DNA of 20,000 nt, from assembly GCA_014905635.1 (NCBI GenBank), contig JABVCE010000050.1, positions 52,158-72,157 on the forward strand, given 5' to 3'. Under the pieces are notes generated by a model, which had not been told where the DNA came from, made no database searches, and saw only the letters and a list, made by a program, of their open reading frames with translations. Of the stretch, positions 1 through 9,204 are shown piece by piece. The DNA comes from Scenedesmus sp. PABB004. Lineage: Eukaryota. The translations under genes and the position numbers were made by a program. The first letter of the stretch is position 1. The number at the start of each line of letters is the position of its first letter.

Positions 1-267
1 CTCTCGGCGCGCGCTGGCGCAGCCGCGCTGGGATAGCTTGTCCACGCTGCCGCCGACCGGCGCGCCGCCGCGGAGCAAGTCCAGCGCGCGGCGCGGCGAG
101 CGGCAGCGCGCGCTTTTGCTTGTACCGCGGCCTGCTGAGTCCTCGCGGCTCGCCTGGCCGCCCACTCTCGCTCTCCTTGTCCCATTCACCGCGCATCCAT
201 CGGACACGCAGCAGGGCGCGCCGCAACCGCCGCAGGCAACCGCTGCCGCCGCTGCTGCCAGCCTCTC

Positions 268-1814
268 ATGGCGGCGGCGCGAGAGTTTGACGTCGTCGTC
301 TTCGGCGCGACTGGCTTCACCGGTCAGCGCGTCCTGGAGGAGGCGCTGCGCGCGCTGCCGCCGTCGACGCGGCTGGCGGTGGCGGGGCGCAGCGCGGCGT
401 CGCTGTCCGCGCTGGCGCAGCGCCTGGCGGCGCCGGGGCGCCTGCAGGTCATCGGCGGCGTGCAGGCGTCCGACGACGCGGCGCTCGCAGCGATGGCGGC
501 CCGCACGCGGCTCTTGCTGAACTGCGCGGGCCCGTTCCGGGAGCTTGGAGGCGGCGTGTTCGCCGCGTGTGCAGCCGCAGGCACCGACTACCTCGACATA
601 TGCGGAGAGCCGGGTGGGTGCCTGTGTGCGCGTGTGTGGCAGGGCAGGGGCGGCGCCCGCGCGCCCCACCAACGCCCCGCGCCGCGCAGAGTTCATCGAG
701 CGCATGGCGCTGCGCCACGGCGCCGCAGCGGCGGCGAGCGGCGCGGTCATGGCGTCTGCTGCTGGATTTGACTCGCTCCCCGCCGACATGGGCGCCCTCA
801 TGGTCAGCCGAGAGTTTGTGCCGCCGGCGGTGCCGGGCGCGGTCGAGGCGGTCATCACCCTCGCGCCGGGGCCGGGCGGCACGTCCATCCACTACGCGAC
901 CTGGGCGGCCGCGGTGCAGGGCATGGGCTCGGTCGCGGAGCTGCGGCGGCTGCGCGGCGAGGCGCGGCGGGCGGGGCTCAACCCGCCGCCGCGCCTGCTG
1001 GGCCCGCGGCCCAAGGCGCCCGAGGGGCCCACATGGGACGCGCGCCTGGGGCTCTACACACTGCCCTTCCCCGGTGCGCCTGGGCCCCTGCTGACGCCCC
1101 TGGCCGCGCGCGCGGCGCGCACGAGCCGACCTGACGCGCCGCGCCGCGTCGCCGCCGCCGTGCCAGGCGCCGACGCGAGCGTCGTGCGGCGCACGCAGTC
1201 TGCGCTCGCGGCCGCCGGCGAGCCCGCCGTCCACTTCACTGCGCGCTTCACCGTCCCGAGCGCGTGGGCGGCCGTGCAGTTTGTGTTCTGGGCGGGCCTC
1301 GTCTTCAGCACGCTGTGCAAGGCCGCCTGGGGCCGCGCGCTGCTGCTCAGGTGTGCGCGCGGCGCGCGGAGCCGGCGCCCAGCTGGCTGCGCGCGCAGCA
1401 GCAGGCGCGGCCACCACGCCCGCGCGCCCGCGTGCCGCCAGGTTCCCCGGCTTTTTCAGCCGCGGGCTCGTGACCCACGCGGGCCCGAGCGAGGCCCAGA
1501 TGGCCGCCACGACCACGACGCTCGACTTTTTCGCGGCGGGCTGGTCCGCGCCGCCGCCGCCGGGCGTGGCGCCGGGAGCGCCGGACCGCGCGGTCCACGC
1601 GCAGGTGACGCTCGGTGACCCAGGCTATCGTTGCACCGCGGTCATGCTCGTCGCGGCCGCGGCGACGCTGCTGGAGGACGATCGAAACGCGATGCTCGCG
1701 GCCGTCGGCGGGCGCGGCGGCGTGTTCACGGTCGGCCAGCTGTTCCGCAACAGCAGCCTGATGTCGCGCCTGGACGCGCGCGGCGTCAGGTACGCCGTCA
1801 AGCGCGCGGCGTGA
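268..1814 (+). CDS. SCCPDH: Saccharopine dehydrogenase-like oxidoreductase (SCCPDH family), 4 exons: 268-613, 690-1073, 1167-1350, 1442-1814 (~428 aa)
   Basis: N-terminal Rossmann motif FDVVVFGATGFTG, plus LAVAGRS, LLNCAGPF, YLDICGEP-EFIE, AGFDSLPADMG, GADASVVRRTQ, GDPGYRCTA and GGVFTVG. GT-AG joins keep frame, spliced length is 1287 nt, and the stop is TGA at 1812-1814. Confidence 0.9.
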
Positions 1815-2101
1815 CCGGGCCAGGGGCGGCGCTGGCGCTGCGCCGCGCGCGCCCGGCCGCGCGGCCGGGCAGCGCGTGCCCGTGTGCAACCTGACCGCGG
1901 CGCCTTGAGAGCGACCGCTGGCAGCTGCGCCGTTCAGCTGCCACGGCAGCCGCTGCGCGGCTAGCTCCATGCAGCCAGCTGGCCGCCGCTACGCGCTGCC
2001 GCGGCCTCAGCCCAGGCCTGGCCGCTGAAGAAGTGTTGGCAGCTTGGCTGCGCGGCGCTGCTGCTTGCAAGCGCGCGTCGCGCAGGCCGCGGCGGCGCGC
2101 G

Positions 2102-2106
2102 TTACA
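2102..2106 (-). promoter_or_regulatory. Putative green-algal polyadenylation signal TGTAA for metaxin
   Basis: TTACA on + strand, 30 nt downstream of the metaxin stop. UGUAA is the known Chlamydomonas-type signal. Confidence 0.55.
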
Positions 2107-2135
2107 GCGCGCGGCGCGACCCGCTCGGCGCCGGG

Positions 2136-3572
2136 TCAAGCGTCCACCTCCACCTCCTCCACGTCGTCGTCGTCCTCGTCGTCGTCGCCGAGGTCGTCCC
2201 CCGGCGCGAGGCGCTCGATGGAGATGTAGTCGCCCCCCAGCACCACGTACGCGCCCACCGCCGCCACGGCGCCCGCGAGCCACCACTGGCTGCCGCGCCA
2301 CATGCGCGCCTCCTCCACCGTGGGCGTCGCCTTGGGCGCGTGCGGCTGGCCCTGCGGCCGCACGGCCGGGCGCGGCGGTGTCGGCAGCGCGCCGCGGCGC
2401 AGCAGTGCCGGCGCGGCAGTGTCGGCGCGGCGCCGCGCGCGCACCTGCGCCGCGTCGGACCAGGCCGAGGCGTCGTCCGCGGGCGGGGGCGGCATGTCCG
2501 TGGCAAAGAAGTCCGCCAGCAGCGCGTCCACGTAGCGCACCAGCACCAGCAGGCCGCCCACCTTTTCGCGCAGCACCGGCGCGGCCACGGGCGAGTGGCG
2601 GTAGAACGCGAGGTGCCCGAACAGCAGCGCGTCGAGGCTGCTGGGCCGGTCGCCGAAGAAGAAGCGCCCCGGCGATGCGCGCAGGCGGTCGGCCAGCGCG
2701 CTCAGCGCCTCCACCGCGCCCTGGTACGCCTGCGCCGCCGCGTGCAGCCGCGCGGCGGCGGCGGCCGGGCGCGCGTCACGGGCAGCGCCTCGTGCGGCAG
2801 CGCCCCACGCGGCAGCTCGACCGCGCCCCGCGCGGCAGCGCCCGCCGATCGCGCGTGCACAGTGCGCGCGCCTTGTATCCGTCGATGTGTCCCAGCAGCT
2901 TGGCCATGTCGTTGCGCTGGCTCCAGGGGACGATGAAGCTGAGCGGGAAGGGCAGCGAGCCGCCGTACGCGGCCTTGCGGAACTCCCGGAAGCCGCGCCG
3001 CTCGAGCCAGGTGGTGTAGTGGGTCGCGGGGTCGAGCTTGGCCTGCAGCAGCGCGGTGAACGCGAGCAGCTCCGCGCGCTGCGCGGGCGAGAGCCAGGCG
3101 TCGAGGTCGGCCAGCCCCGTGCGCGCGAGCAGCGCGATGATCGCGCGCGCCGCGCCCAGGTCGCCCGCCTCGGACGCCGCCGCGACCTCGCTGCCCGTGT
3201 CCAGCGCGGGCACCACGCCTGCGCCGCGGCGCGCGGGCGGTCGGCGCGCGCGCGCGCGGCACTGCGACGGCGCCGCGCGCCGCCTCTGGCCGCGCCCCCC
3301 AGCGCCGCCCGCGCGCACCCGTGGGCGTGCTGGATGCGCCGCCCTCCTGCACGCAGAACTGCACCTGGCCCAGCCGCAGCGCCGCCTGCGGCGCGTGCGG
3401 GCGCCGTCTGCAGCGCGGCGCTCGCCCGCCGCCGGCGGTTGCGGTTGGCGGCGCCGCCGCCGCGCACCTCTGCCTGCAGCGCCGCCGCGGTGAGCGAGGG
3501 CAGGCCCGCGTACGGGGGCCACTTGTACAGCACCACGCTGCCGCCGCCGGCGCCAGCGGCGGCTGCTGCCAT
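2136..3572 (-). CDS. Metaxin (mitochondrial outer-membrane import/SAM-associated, GST-like fold), 5 exons: 3572-3468, 3385-3319, 3218-2872, 2729-2445, 2351-2136 (~339 aa)
   Basis: Motifs VLYKWPPYAGLPSL, LDAWLSPAQRAELLAF, YGGSLPFPLSFIVP, ALSALADRL..FFFGDRPSSLDALLFGHL, a C-terminal TM segment (WWLAGAVAAVGAYVVLGG) and an acidic tail. Spliced length is 1020 nt. Intron 3 uses a GC donor at 2871-2870. Confidence 0.85.
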   Translation of the reverse strand: MAAAAAGAGGGSVVLYKWPPYAGLPSLTAAALQAEVRGGGAANRNRRRRASAALQTAPARAAGGAAAGPGAVLRAGGRRIQHAHGCARAALGGAARGGARRRRSAARARADRPRAAAQAWCPRWTRAARSRRRPRRATWARRARSSRCSRARGWPTSTPGSRPRSARSCSRSPRCCRPSSTPRPTTPPGSSGAASGSSARPRTAARCPSRSASSSPGASATTWPSCWDTSTDTRRAHCARAIGGRCRAGRGRAAAWGAAARGAARDARPAAAAARLHAAAQAYQGAVEALSALADRLRASPGRFFFGDRPSSLDALLFGHLAFYRHSPVAAPVLREKVGGLLVLVRYVDALLADFFATDMPPPPADDASAWSDAAQVRARRRADTAAPALLRRGALPTPPRPAVRPQGQPHAPKATPTVEEARMWRGSQWWLAGAVAAVGAYVVLGGDYISIERLAPGDDLGDDDEDDDDVEEVEVDA

Positions 3573-3941
3573 CGCGGCGCGCGGCGTCGGGCCGCGGGCG
3601 CTGCTGCTGCCGGGCGTCGCGCGGCGGCGGGCGGCGGCGGCGGCGCGGATCAAGGCCTGCGTGCCGGTGAGGCCGATCGGGGCGGGCGGTACTTGGGCCG
3701 GCAGGCGGGCGGGCGGCAAGGCTGGGGCTTTGCTGTGCGCCAGCCCGTGCACCCTACAGCCCGCCCGGACCTCCCGCGCCGCCAGTCTTCCACCCAGTCT
3801 TCCACCCTAGACGCCGGTGGGCTCCCAGCTGGGTGGCAGGCAGGCAGGGGCCTCGCAGGCGCCGCGGAGACGGGGAGGACGTGGCCAGAGGACGCGGACC
3901 ACGGCCTCGCGCTCGTTCAGGGCGCAGCAGCAGCCCCCGCG

Positions 3942-5099
3942 ATGGCCACCGACGTGCTGGCCCCGCAGCAGCGCCTCCTGCTGGCGCGCATGGCGCGGGC
4001 GCAGCTCGCGGTGGCGGCGGCCGCCGCGCTGGCGCTGGGGCTGGGCGCCGCGCTCAAGGTGGCCGCGGCGGCCCTGCTGGCGGCCCTGCGCGGTGCGCTG
4101 ACGCTCGCGGGCGCGCTCGCGGGCGCGCGCGCGTCGTCGCTGCTCCTGCTGCGCCCCGCGCCGTCGGCCGGCGGCGCGGTCGCGCAGCAGCCGGGCGCGC
4201 AGCCGCAGCCGGGCGCGCAGCCGCAGCCCGCCGCGCAGCAGCAGCCGTCCCGGCGTGAGCGCGAGGGCGCGCCCCGCGCGGCCGGCGTGCCCCGGCCGGC
4301 GCGCCCGCGCGCCCCGCCGGCGCCGGCGCGGCTGACCGTGGTGCTGGACCTGGACGAGACGCTGCTCTGCACCTACCGCCTCCACGCGGCGGGCGACGCG
4401 CTGCAGCTGCAGCCCAGCGCCGCGTGCGCGGCGCTGCGCCGGCGCTCGCTCGCGGGCCTGCTCGGCGGCGGCGGCGCCGCCGCGCCGGCCGCGGGCGGCT
4501 GGACGGCGCGCGTGGCGCGCGTCGCCGACTGCGGCGGCGAGCTGGCGCGGCTGGGCGCCGAGTGCGGCGCGAGCGCGTGGGCAGAGTACACGCCCGCGGG
4601 CGGGGGCGCGCCGACGCTGCTCGCCGTGTTCCTTCGCCCGGGCGTGTCGGAGCTGCTGGCGCGCGCGTCGGCGTTTGCCCAGCTCGTGCTGTGGACCGCG
4701 GGGACGCGCGCCTACGCGGACCCCCTCGCCGACCTGATTGACCCCACGCGCACGCGCTTTGCGCGCCGCCTCTTTGGCGACGCGTGCGGGGCGACCCAGG
4801 GCGGGCGGCACGTGAAGGACCTCGTCGCCGCGCTGGGGCCGCGTCTTGACCTGTCGCGCACGGTGCTGGTCGACAACGACGCGCACGTCTTCACGTCGCA
4901 GCCCGACAACGGCCTGCCCTGCCCGCCCTTTGTCGGGCACCGCGGCGACGGCGCGCTGCTGGGCGTCATCCTGCCCATGCTCGCGAGCCTGGCCGAGGTG
5001 GGCGACGTGCGGCCGGTGCTGGCAGAGCAGTTCCGAATCCAGGCGTGGCTGGCGGCCAGGGGCGCGGCGCACGCGCGCGGCAGCGCCGGGCGGCACTGA
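3942..5099 (+). CDS. NIF/FCP1-like (SCP/CTDSP/CTDNEP1-type) HAD phosphatase with hydrophobic N-terminal segment, single exon (~385 aa)
   Basis: LTVVLDLDETL (DxDxT catalytic motif), VFLRPGVSELL, LVLWTAG..YADPLADLIDP, HVKDL, LDLSRTVLVDN and QPDNGLP. Start chosen at the first ATG (3942) of the 3321..5099 frame. Confidence 0.85.
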   Translation: MATDVLAPQQRLLLARMARAQLAVAAAAALALGLGAALKVAAAALLAALRGALTLAGALAGARASSLLLLRPAPSAGGAVAQQPGAQPQPGAQPQPAAQQQPSRREREGAPRAAGVPRPARPRAPPAPARLTVVLDLDETLLCTYRLHAAGDALQLQPSAACAALRRRSLAGLLGGGGAAAPAAGGWTARVARVADCGGELARLGAECGASAWAEYTPAGGGAPTLLAVFLRPGVSELLARASAFAQLVLWTAGTRAYADPLADLIDPTRTRFARRLFGDACGATQGGRHVKDLVAALGPRLDLSRTVLVDNDAHVFTSQPDNGLPCPPFVGHRGDGALLGVILPMLASLAEVGDVRPVLAEQFRIQAWLAARGAAHARGSAGRH

Positions 5100-5403
5100 C
5101 CAAGCGGCGCCGCGGCGCCAGGCGGCGGGGGGAGCCCGGCCCTCGCCGCGCGCCAATTGGCGGCGGCGGGGCAGGGCGCCGGCAGGGCGCGACATGGCAC
5201 GATTGAGGCATCCATCCACGCAGCGCACCAGGAATAAACCCATGCAGCTTTGCACAGTTTTGACAGTGGCCGCGCTCGACAGACGCCTGACGCCTGCACA
5301 GACAGACAGCCCTGCTGTCAGGCCGACCTGCAACGCGCCCCGCCTCCGCGCCGGCACGTGCGGCGGGCGCCTCAGCTTGCAGTGAGCGCAGCGCCGGTCC
5401 GGT

Positions 5404-5423
5404 TGTGTGTGTGTGTGTGTGTG
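5404..5423. repeat. (TG)10 microsatellite between convergent phosphatase and proteasome genes
   Basis: Direct reading: tgtgtgtgtgtgtgtgtgtg. Confidence 0.9.
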
Positions 5424-5642
5424 CATTCACTCTTGATGCCTGCGGATTGCACGCCTCGCGGGGCGTGGGGGCGCGCTGCGCGCCCCGCTGTGTACCAGTA
5501 GCACACGCGATCTGCCGCCTGCCTGCGAACGGGCGGCGCCAAGCACTGCTCGCACTGCGCTGCGCCGAGTGACCCCCCTCCGATTTTGAGACGGTGACGG
5601 TTAACGAACAACCTCCGCGCCGCCGCGCCGCGCCGCCGTGCG

Positions 5643-7021
5643 TCACTCGGTCTCCATCGACACCGCGCCCTCCACGACCGTGACCTCGCTCAGGGGGATG
5701 ACCTTCTCCTTGAGCACGGCTGCGCGGCGGGACAGGCGGCGGCACGTGCAGCTCAGCGGCGCCAGCGGCGGCTGCTGCCCGCGCGCGCGCCGCACTCACG
5801 CGCGGTGCCGGGCGGGTAGTGGACGGGGAACTGGCGCGTGTAGGTCTTGCCCTGCAGCAGCTCGTAGTTGCGCAGGTAGTCCACGCCGTCGGCGGTGATC
5901 ACGCACAGGTCGACGTTGGACCCGGAGCCGAGGTCGTTGTACACGCCGCTGCGGCGCGGGCGGCGGCGCGGGCGTGGCGCGGTCGGCACGCGCATGCGCG
6001 GGCGCGGCGGTCGCCGCGCGGCGCTGCGCGCGGCGGCGGCGGGGCGCGCGCGCGCAGGGGCAGCGCGCGCCTGCGGATGGCGCGCGCGGCGAGGGCCATG
6101 GCCTCCTCGCGGGTCATGTCGTCCTTGTAGCCCGCCTCAAACACGGCCATGGCGTTGAGGCTGCCGCTGCCCATGGTCGCGTAGGGCAGCGCGTCGGTGG
6201 AGCCGTGCGGGAAGATCTGCGACCCGGTGCGGCGCGGCGCGGCGCGGCGCGGTCGGGCGCGCTGCTGCCGCGCGGGGGCACGCCGCCGTGGCGCGCACGT
6301 GCTGCCGCGCGGGCGGGCCGTGCCGGGCGGCGGCGCGCGCCCACCGTGAAGAGGTGGGGGCCGTGCAGGTCCACGCCGCCGAGGATGAGCGCGGCGGAGA
6401 CGTGGCCCTGGTACCTGAACAGGTGGCTCTTGAGCAGCGTCATCGCCGTCACCACGCGCGCCTGGCGCCCGGTCGCGTACTTGTGCAGCTCCAGGTTGGA
6501 CGACACCATCGCTGCGCCGCCCCGCCCGCGCGGCGCGGGCGTCGGCGCCCGCCGGCGGCGGCGAGCGCGGCGCGCGTCGCCCCCCGCAGCGCAGCGGCCG
6601 CGGCGGCCGGCCCTGCGTGGCGGTGGCGCGCGCGCACCTGTGACGTTCATGGTGTCGGCGGCGGTGCCCGCGCCGCAGCAGTAGATGTTGGGCGCGATGT
6701 AGTGGATCTTCTCGCAGTTCTTGTCCGCGACGGTGCTGCCCGACGTGGACCGCGTGTCGGCGGCGAGCACCACGCCGTCCTGCGGCGGCGCGCCGCGCGA
6801 CCGTCGGCCCGCGTGGGCGTGCGCCGCAGGCGGCCGGCCCCGCTGCCGCCGGCGGCGGCGCTCGCCCGGGGCGGCAGGCGCGCGGCGGCGCGCGCCTTGT
6901 ACACGACGCCGACGATTGTGGTGCCCGTCTTCCAGGCCCGCGGCGGCTGCACGCCCTTGCTGGCCAGCAGCTCATTGCGCTTGACCAGCTCGAAGCTGAA
7001 GCCGCCCGCGTTGGAGCCCAT
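5643..7021 (-). CDS. PBB: 20S proteasome subunit beta-2 (PBB / PSMB7 / Pup1 type), 6 exons: 7021-6896, 6779-6638, 6511-6345, 6216-6071, 5948-5800, 5719-5643 (~268 aa)
   Basis: Propeptide GGFSFE..RN, mature N-terminus [93 protein letters not shown] and [19 protein letters not shown]. Spliced length is 807 nt with two GC donors. Confidence 0.95.
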
Positions 7022-7650
7022 GTCGGCGCGCCGCCGCAGCAGCGCCGCCGCCGCGCGCGCCGCCGATCGCCGCGGCCTCCCTGCGCGCCGTCCGCCTCGC
7101 TGCGCGGCGCGTGCGCCTGCCGGCGGTCTGGATCGGCGCGCGGGGGGTCGATCAAGCCCTGGCAACGGGCGAGCTCGCCTGTGATGGGCTTAGATGAGGC
7201 CCGGCTGGCGAGGCGGGGCGCGTGCGTGCCTGGCAGGTGCACCCTGGGTCGTGCGAGTGGGTGTCGAGTGGCGGGGGAGGCGAGGGAGGGAGAGGACAGC
7301 AGGGCGCGGCGAGAGGCGCGAACCGCGCGAGTCGCGCGGTTGTGACGCACAACCGTCTCGCCCCTCACCTCCTGTGCCTGCACGCTGCCCACACGCTTAC
7401 CACAACGCCGCGACGCCGTGATCAGAGCACACGCGCGGGAGCGCACGACAGCAGACGCCGCCGCAACCGCCGCGCGCCGCAGCCGACCGCGCCGCCTGCT
7501 TTGCCCGTGCGTGCCCTGCCCCGACCCACCGCCGCCGCGCGCGTCAGCCGGCTCCGGCAGCAGGGCCCGCAGCAGGCGCCCGCGGCGGCGCACACGGGAG
7601 AGCAGCGGCGGACCGGGCGCAGCGGCGCGCGGCGCCGGCGAAGCTGCACG

Positions 7651-8840
7651 ATGGCGTGGCCGGAGCGGCCAGAGACGGAGCGGGTGCGTGGGGGCAGGGA
7701 GGAGGGGCAGCGGGAGCCAGGGCGACGGCCGCCGAGCGCGCCCACGCCGCCGCTGCTGCCCCGGCGTGCGCCGCCGCGCGCACACGCAGCTGTTTGGCGA
7801 CAGCGTGCCGTCGGTGCCGCTCTCGACCGCGAGCGCGAGCCACGGCAGCCTCGCGCCGCTCGCGGCGGCCGGCGGCGGCGGCGGGTTTTGGGAGGAGAAC
7901 ACGCTCGACGAGTCGGTCTGGGCGACGCTGAAGCGCGACGTGCTCACGATCGGGCGCAACCTGCGCAGCGTGCTCATCCCCGTCAACTGGGACTTCCAGA
8001 ACCACCAGGCCGCGCTGCACAACTGGGACCTGTGGGGGCCGCTGGTGCGGCGGCGCCGCGCGCCGCAGGTCAGGCGCCCGCCGCGAGCTGCTGCTGTGCG
8101 CGCCGCCGCGCCGCGACGGCCGCCCGCGGGCGCTGCTGCTGCGCGCGACGCGGCGCAGATCTTCATGCTCGGCCTGGCCATCACGCTGTCGGTGGGGGAG
8201 CAGAAGCCGTCAGACGTGTTTGCGGTGAGGCGCCGCGGCTGGGGCTGCAGCAAGCGCGCGGCAGCGCGTGCGCGGCGGCCGACGCGCACGGGGACCGGCG
8301 CGCGCGGGGGCCGACGCGCGCGCGCGCGCACGCCCCGCAGCTTGTGTTCACCGAGGTCGCGCTGGGCGCGTGCGTGCTGACCGTCAACGTCATCCTGCTG
8401 GGCGGCAGCATCGTGTTCTTCCAGAGCCTCTGCCTCATCGGCTACTGCCTCTTCCCAATCGTCATCGCGGCCATCGTGTGCGTGCTCGTCAAAATGGCGG
8501 TGCGTGGCCGCAGCGGCGGCAGCGCCAGCGGCCGCGGGCGCGGCGGGCGCGCGCGCTGAGCGCCGCAGCGCGCGCCCGCCCACCGCCGCAGTGGGTGCGC
8601 ACGCTCGTGCTCGTGGCGTGCCTGGGCTGGGCGTCGTTTGCGACGGTGCCCTTCATTGGCAAGACCGTGTCGTCAGAGTGAGCCGCGCAGGCCGCTTCGC
8701 GCGCGCGTGCGGCCGCCGCATGCGCCGCGCCGGCGCGCTCACGCCGCCGCCCCGCCCCGCGCAGGCGCCGCGCGCTGGCGGTCTACCCGGTGCTGCTGAT
8801 GTACGTCTCCATAGGCTGGCTCGCCCTAGTGAAGAGCTGA
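7651..8840 (+). CDS. Yip1-domain Golgi/ER membrane protein (YIPF6/Yip4-like), 6 exons: 7651-7683, 7790-8044, 8159-8224, 8341-8499, 8592-8677, 8765-8840 (~224 aa)
   Basis: [54 protein letters not shown] and [14 protein letters not shown]. All introns are GT-AG and spliced length is 675 nt. The first short exon is the least certain. Confidence 0.9.
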
Positions 8841-9204
8841 GGGCGCGCCGGCCGGCAACGAGCGAGCAGCGCGAGCCCTGCGTCATGACGCCAGCCGCCG
8901 CAGCTGCCGCAGAGCGCCGCCCCGGCTCGGTCACAGGCCCACAGGCGACAGCCAAGCCAGCAGTCGCGCCCGCAGCTTGCAGCCGCGCAGCCTCCGGGGC
9001 GTGGCGAGCGCTGCCGCAGCCGCCGCCGCTGCCGGCAGACGGCAGCCGCGCGCTCCGCGTCCACGCGGGCGGAGCTGTGTGTGCTGAGCTTCCTGACCAG
9101 CCGCGCGCGCGGCACTCGCCCGCCCGCCCGCGCGCATCGGCGCCCGCGCTGCAGCCGCGCGTGGCGCGGACGGCGCGCGGTGACGGGCGCGTCCTGTGGG
9201 AGGC

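Noticed and set aside
3573..3752. Upstream in-frame extension of the metaxin ORF (track start 3752)
   Set aside because: It has no ATG start and no family similarity. The ATG at 3572 directly precedes the conserved N-terminus.
5899..8583. 894-aa minus-strand ORF and many other long Arg/Ala/Pro-rich ORFs
   Set aside because: These are shadow ORFs caused by very high GC and scarce stop codons. They cross introns and real genes and have no recognisable domains.
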